Origin: Pseudomonadota bacterium
Lineage (GTDB): Bacteria; Pseudomonadota; Alphaproteobacteria; Micavibrionales; UBA2020
NCBI GenBank assembly: GCA_043806835.1
Contig: JAZDGQ010000047.1
Coordinates: 1-50,879, forward strand
Length of the DNA stretch: 50,879 nt
Reading direction: 5' to 3'
Made by a program: the position numbers and the translations under genes. Below the pieces are notes generated by a model that saw only the letters and a list, made by a program, of their open reading frames with translations, searched no databases and had not been told where the DNA came from. Shown piece after piece: positions 46,203 through 50,879 of the stretch (position 1 is its first letter; the number at the start of each line of letters is the position of its first letter).

Positions 46203-47141
46203 ATGACAGAATTGCATACCAGTACTGATAATATTCCGGCAGAAGCGCAAAACTGCGTTCTGATGATCGGAAATTTTGACGGCATCCACCTCGGTCACCG
46301 CGCCCTGATCGGGAAAGCGCGCGATCTGGCTGCGGAGGCGCGGGCGCCTTTGGGGATCATCACCTTCGAACCCCATCCCCTCCGGTTCTTTCAGCCGGAG
46401 TCGGAGCCTTTTCGCCTGACCCTGTTGCCGATGAAAAAGAGACTGCTGGAGGGGCTCGGCGTGAATCATCTCTTTGTCGTTGAATTCAACCGGAAATTTT
46501 CCCTGATGGACGGGAATGAGTTTATCGAAAGCCTTCTGACGCAACGCCTGAAAGCGATGCATCTCGTCGTGGGGGGGGACTTCGCCTTTGGCCGGGAAAA
46601 ATCGGGAACGATCAAGGATCTCGAAGGCGCCGCCGCTGACGGAAAATTCGGACTCAGCATCGTGAAACCCGTCCTGTCAGCGCAGGGGAAACCGTGCTCC
46701 TCGACTGTCATCCGGAAGCTGCTGCGGAAGGGGAGCCTCCGGGACGCGGAAAAACTTCTCGGCTGGCCCTGGCAGATCGAAGCCTCCATTGTTCCCGGGG
46801 ACAGGCGCGGACACAGCCTCGGTTACCCAACCGCCAACCAGAACATCCCGGAATACGTGCGCATCCCCTACGGGGTTTACGCCGTCCGCGTGAAAATAGA
46901 GGGTGAATCCTTATGGAGGGACGGGGTGGCCAATTTCGGCATCCGTCCGATGTTCAAGACTCCGCAGCCAATTTTCGAGACTTTCATTTTTGATTTCACG
47001 CTCGACATTTATGGAAAAATAATGCGCGTCCAGCCCGTCCGGTATCTGCGTCCGGAACTTTCCTTTCGGGGAATCGACTCCCTGATCGCCCAAATGAAAG
47101 AAGATTGCATCGCGGCCAAGGCTGTGCTGAAATCCTCCTGA
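46203..47141 (+). CDS. ribF: Bifunctional riboflavin kinase/FAD synthetase
   Basis: IGNFDGIHLGH, TFEPHP, SSTVIR, G..LGYPTAN and LRPE..F. Start is 46203 or 46158. Confidence 0.97.
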   Translation: MTELHTSTDNIPAEAQNCVLMIGNFDGIHLGHRALIGKARDLAAEARAPLGIITFEPHPLRFFQPESEPFRLTLLPMKKRLLEGLGVNHLFVVEFNRKFSLMDGNEFIESLLTQRLKAMHLVVGGDFAFGREKSGTIKDLEGAAADGKFGLSIVKPVLSAQGKPCSSTVIRKLLRKGSLRDAEKLLGWPWQIEASIVPGDRRGHSLGYPTANQNIPEYVRIPYGVYAVRVKIEGESLWRDGVANFGIRPMFKTPQPIFETFIFDFTLDIYGKIMRVQPVRYLRPELSFRGIDSLIAQMKEDCIAAKAVLKSS

Positions 47142-47169
47142 GAATGACAGCCATAAAAAAGGGAACAAA

Positions 47170-47745
47170 ATGACGCAACCCCCCTCCGCCGGAAGGTATT
47201 TCATTCTTGGATTTGTCATCATATGCGCCATCATCCTTGCCGACCAATACACAAAATGGCTGGTGACGGAGGCCATGCTGCGCCCGGATGGACCGATAGG
47301 CGGGGATTTCATGAACTGGGTCACGACCCGGAAGAGAATCGAGCTTTTCAGCAACGAACGGGAAAATTTCAAAACCATCGTGCTGACGCCGTTCCTGAAC
47401 CTTGTGATGGTCTGGAATCATGGCATCAGCTTCGGCATCATGAACACGGGCTCTCCCAACATGGCGCTGACGTTCGTCGCCATTTCCCTGATGATCTCGA
47501 TACTGATGATCCTCTGGCTCGCGCTGACCGACCGGAAAGCGGTGGCCTTTCCCCTGAGCCTGATTGTCGGCGGGGCGCTGGCGAACGCCATAGACCGTGT
47601 GCGGTTCGGCGCAGTCGTTGACTTCATCGACGTTCACAGCGGCACACATCACTGGCCGGCGTTCAATGCCGCCGACAGTTTCATCGTCATCGGGGCGGCG
47701 GTTCTGATGTGCACGACTTTGTTCGGTGAAAAAGAAAAGATATAG
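47170..47745 (+). CDS. lspA: Lipoprotein signal peptidase
   Basis: DQYTK, VWNHGISFG, GGALANAIDR, VVDFI and WPAFNAADSFI. Confidence 0.96.
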   Translation: MTQPPSAGRYFILGFVIICAIILADQYTKWLVTEAMLRPDGPIGGDFMNWVTTRKRIELFSNERENFKTIVLTPFLNLVMVWNHGISFGIMNTGSPNMALTFVAISLMISILMILWLALTDRKAVAFPLSLIVGGALANAIDRVRFGAVVDFIDVHSGTHHWPAFNAADSFIVIGAAVLMCTTLFGEKEKI

Positions 47746-47763
47746 AAAATAAAGGAAAGAACG

Positions 47764-48321
47764 ATGAGATCCGAAAACAAGTTGCTGCTGATTGCGCCGA
47801 TTCTTGCCGTGGCGCTGTCCGCCTGCGCGTCCGTCAAGAGTGAACTGGGCGTGGGACGCAATTCCCCGGACGAATTCATGGTGGTCAAGCGCGCACCTCT
47901 GACCCTGCCTCCGGAATACACGCTGCGCCCTCCCGTGGCTCCCGACAAAACCAGGACAAATGAAGAGGCCGCGGGGAAAGCCAGGGATGCCCTCATGGGA
48001 AAAACAAAAGGTTCCGTGACGAAAGGCGCAGCGGAAACGGCCATGCTGGACAAGGTCGGCGCGGAAACGGCCAACCCGGATATCCGCAGGATGATCGACG
48101 AGGATAACGGGTATATTTCCATCGAGAGCCGCACCGTCGCCGACAAACTGATTTTCTGGAACGACGAGCAGCTCTCTCCGGACAATGCCCCATCCTCGGT
48201 CGTGGATCCAACGGCCGAAGCAGAGCGCCTGAAGAAAAATCAGGTGGAGGGCAAGCCGGTCAACGAGGGCATCGTACCCGTGATTGAGAAGAAAAAAAGC
48301 ACCCTCGACAGGATTTTCTGA
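47764..48321 (+). CDS. DUF3035-family lipoprotein
   Basis: Lipobox LSAC and PDEF.VV.RAPLTLPPEY.LRPP; follows lspA as in other alphaproteobacteria. Confidence 0.88.
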   Translation: MRSENKLLLIAPILAVALSACASVKSELGVGRNSPDEFMVVKRAPLTLPPEYTLRPPVAPDKTRTNEEAAGKARDALMGKTKGSVTKGAAETAMLDKVGAETANPDIRRMIDEDNGYISIESRTVADKLIFWNDEQLSPDNAPSSVVDPTAEAERLKKNQVEGKPVNEGIVPVIEKKKSTLDRIF

Positions 48322-48361
48322 GAATCCCCGAAGCGCTGTACGTTTTTTTTAAAAGCTCCCG

Positions 48362-48394
48362 CCGCTTTTTCCCTCTCTCAGAGGGAGAGGGCGG
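48362..48394. terminator. Hairpin between convergent genes (possible bidirectional terminator or REP remnant)
   Basis: CCCTCTC...GGAGAGGG arms flanked by CCGC/GCGG. Confidence 0.3.
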
Positions 48395-48400
48395 TTGGCG

Positions 48401-49444
48401 TCACGCCGTGCGCACACAATTGCGCCCGTCTTTCTTGGCCTCGAAAAGCGCGGAGTCTGCGCGTTCGATGAAGGAGACGGGGTCTTCTCCTTCAAGGTAT
48501 TCCGCCGCCCCGACGGAAATCGTGATGGCCCCGAGGTTCTTGTCCCTCGACCTGTCGATCAGCTCCTTGTTTTCAACCCCCCGACGCAGCATCTCCGCGA
48601 CCTGGCATCCCGCCCTGATTGGCGTCGAAGGCAGCAGGATCGCGAATTCCTCTCCGCCGTAACGAGCGACGGTATCCCGTCCCTTGACATTGCCGATCAG
48701 CGTGCGGGCGACGAGGCGCAGAACCTGATCCCCGACAGGGTGACCGTAAGTGTCGTTGAATTTCTTGAAAAAATCGATGTCCACCATCAGCAGAACGAGC
48801 GGGGTCTTGCCGATCTCGGCTTCATCGATGTCGGCGGCGATCTGCTTGTCAAAGGCCCGGCGGTTGGAAATGCCCGTCAGTCCGTCCGTCGTGGCCTCTT
48901 TTTTGGCGCTTTCCAGATATTCCTTGAGCTCCGTGACCCGCTTGGAGGAGTCGCCCAGCTGCGCTTCCAGCTCCTGGTTCTTCTGCAGCATTTTTTTTGT
49001 ATCCCTGAGCATTCCCGACACGAGATTGCCCAGTTCCTTGATGCCCATATCTTTCGGAAGCTTTCCCGTCAGATCTCCGAGCGATTCGCCGTACTCCGAA
49101 GTCGCAAGCTTTGCAGATCCCAGAGCCCGGGCAAGATCGGCAATGGAACTCTGAACCTGGTTGTTCACTTTGAGAATCGCGCTGTCATGCACGTTGGTGC
49201 TCAGATACCTGTTGTAGATTTTCTGGCAGGAGCTTTCGTCGATTTCCCCTTCGTGATTCTCGATTGCGCGCACAAGTTCCGGATCCTTGTCGAAATACCG
49301 GTACCACAGCTCGTAAAACTGCGGGGACGACCTCATCGACAACTGGTCGATTTTCCTGAGCGTTTTATCCGTCAGAAGGCGGGATTTTTTTAAGATTTTA
49401 GAGCTCGCCGCCGCTCCGGCGGATTGCTCTCGTCTGTCAGACAT
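48401..49444 (-). CDS. Diguanylate cyclase: coiled-coil N-terminus plus GGDEF domain
   Basis: DGLTGISNRRAF, DIDFFKKFNDTYGHPVGDQVL and RYGGEEF. Likely start is ATG 49444. Confidence 0.95.
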   Translation of the reverse strand: MSDRREQSAGAAASSKILKKSRLLTDKTLRKIDQLSMRSSPQFYELWYRYFDKDPELVRAIENHEGEIDESSCQKIYNRYLSTNVHDSAILKVNNQVQSSIADLARALGSAKLATSEYGESLGDLTGKLPKDMGIKELGNLVSGMLRDTKKMLQKNQELEAQLGDSSKRVTELKEYLESAKKEATTDGLTGISNRRAFDKQIAADIDEAEIGKTPLVLLMVDIDFFKKFNDTYGHPVGDQVLRLVARTLIGNVKGRDTVARYGGEEFAILLPSTPIRAGCQVAEMLRRGVENKELIDRSRDKNLGAITISVGAAEYLEGEDPVSFIERADSALFEAKKDGRNCVRTA

Positions 49445-49654
49445 TTCAGGCCTCCGTTGTAATATCCCGTAATGAAAAAACTCCGCGAACCTGTCCCGGA
49501 CACATTGTGCAAATCCCTTGCATGTTATCATAAATCCCATGGATTCCTACAGGGTTCTCCCTCCGGAAAACTTCCGGACAAAAACCGCAAAAAGCATCAG
49601 GACAACAGCATGCCGCCATAATGATTATGGCCATTGAAGGGCGCCCTACCGGAT

Positions 49655-50879
49655 CACGGTAATCGCTTGAATCCGTAAACTTTCTGGACATCGGCAGAGA
49701 GGTATGATTCCTTCAGGACAGAGAGAGCCCAACCGAAGGAGGATTGCCGATGGGGAAACTGCAACGCATTGAATTTCTTGATTACTTTGAAGATATGGAA
49801 GACCCGCGCCAATGCGCGAAGGTGTTGTATCCTCTGGACGAGATTTTGCTTTTAAGCCTGTGCGGGGCGATTTCCGGCTGCGAGGATTTCACGGATATTG
49901 CGGAGTATGGGGAGGAGAAGCTGGAGTTTTTGCGGACATTGCTGCCGTTTACACGAGGCATTCCGTCGCACGACACGCTGAACGACCTGTTTCGCGATCT
50001 GGACGCGGCGGCTTTCGGAAAGATTTTTACAGCATGGACGGCAAGTCTGTCGGCGCATGTTCCGGGTCTGGTGAGCATCGACGGCAAGACGTTGCGGGGC
50101 AGCCGGGACGGCGTGAAAGGCCCGCTGCATCTCGTATCAGCATGGGCGGGCGAACAGCGACGCGTGCTCGGTCAGGTGGCGACGAGCGAGAAAAGCAACG
50201 AGATTACCGCCATTCCCGAACTGCTGGATATGCTGATGCTTAAAGGCGCGATCGTTACGATAGACGCGATGGGCTGTCAAAAAAACATCGCGGATAAAAT
50301 CCGCGAACGGGGCGCAGATTACATTCTGGCGCTGAAGGGCAATCATGGCAACCTGCATGACGACGTGAAGACGTTCTTCGAAAGCGGCGACGGCAAGGCG
50401 CTGCCCGTGCATGAAACGGTCGATGCCGATCACGGCAGGATCGAGACCCGCCGCTACAGCATGACGGATGAGATTGGGAGCTTATTGACCGCAACCCCGG
50501 CTGGCGCGATCTTGGCAGCATCGGCATGGTCGAGAGCTGTGCCGAGAAAAACGGCGTCACCACGCGGCAAGTCAGGTTTTATCTCTGCTCCCTTGCGGCA
50601 AACCTGCTGATCTTCGCCGCCGCCGTGCGCGGACACTGGGGCATCGAGAACTCCCTCCACTGGGTGCTCGACGTCACCTTCCGCGAAGACCTCTGCCGTA
50701 TCCGCAAGGATCACGCGCCGCAAAACTTCGCCATCATCAGGCATGCCGCCATCAATATCATCAACAAATCCAAGGGCAAACGATCCGTCAAAACCTCAAG
50801 AAAGCGGGCGGGATGGAACAACGACGCCCTTCTCGCCATTCTCACATCGTGAGTTTTCTTAACTCAAGCGATTCCCGTG
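49655..50879 (+). mobile_element. ISAs1-family insertion sequence
   Basis: 16-bp terminal inverted repeats with one mismatch: CACGGTAATCGCTTGA (49655-49670) and TCAAGCGATTCCCGTG (50864-50879). The window ends exactly at the right IR. Confidence 0.93.
49744..50852 (+). pseudogene. ISAs1 transposase split by a single-base frameshift near 50476-50478
   Basis: DPR...K..YPL.EIL, PSHDT, SIDGKTLRGS, KSNEITAIP, TIDAMGCQK and HGRIETR are in frame 1; VRGHWGIENSLHWVLDVTFRED is in another frame. Confidence 0.88.

Noticed and set aside
1-50879. tRNA, rRNA, prophage, integrase or defence-system genes
   Set aside because: No T-loop/CCA cloverleaf, rRNA signature, recombinase, nuclease or phage structural motifs were recognised by eye; a tRNAscan/HMM run would be needed to exclude them fully.

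Overview
About 51 kb of GC-rich alphaproteobacterial chromosome. The assignment rests on lpxI, cobT, Tim44-mltA, DUF3035 and the DUF299-aroE-coaE-dnaQ cluster; a Micavibrio-like lineage is only a weak guess. Both edges lie in insertion sequences: the 5' end of a probable IS630 at 1-138 and a complete but frameshifted ISAs1 at 49655-50879, so this is probably an IS-bounded contig. Most of it is core housekeeping: clpX, sufE, hisS, cobT, pheST, the rpsB-tsf-pyrH-frr-uppS-cdsA-dxr-rseP-bamA-skp-lpxD-fabZ-lpxA-lpxI-lpxB-asmA superoperon, dnaQ/coaE/aroE/DUF299, secB/fxsA, Tim44/mltA, ribokinase, ribF-lspA and a GGDEF protein. An accessory patch at about 10-19 kb holds acr3, an LPD7-like membrane protein, a Trp/Ala-repeat ORF, a GT9 and a 590-aa orphan. 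No tRNA, rRNA or CRISPR array was seen. Best leads: (1) an unannotated ~85-nt three-hairpin sRNA candidate with a CCUCCU anti-SD loop, directly behind a perfect CtrA box (15376-15501); (2) a small AT-rich ORF inside the OM-biogenesis operon that ends in a diverged duplicate of the rseP 3' end, which looks like gene-regenerating integration; (3) short in-frame, A/T-ending-codon inserts or patches in essential genes (hisS twice, pheT, rseP); (4) two orphans with LPD7-like C-terminal segments and basic tails; (5) a WDAA-repeat protein directly upstream of a solitary acr3. All family assignments come from motif recognition by eye; no searches were run.
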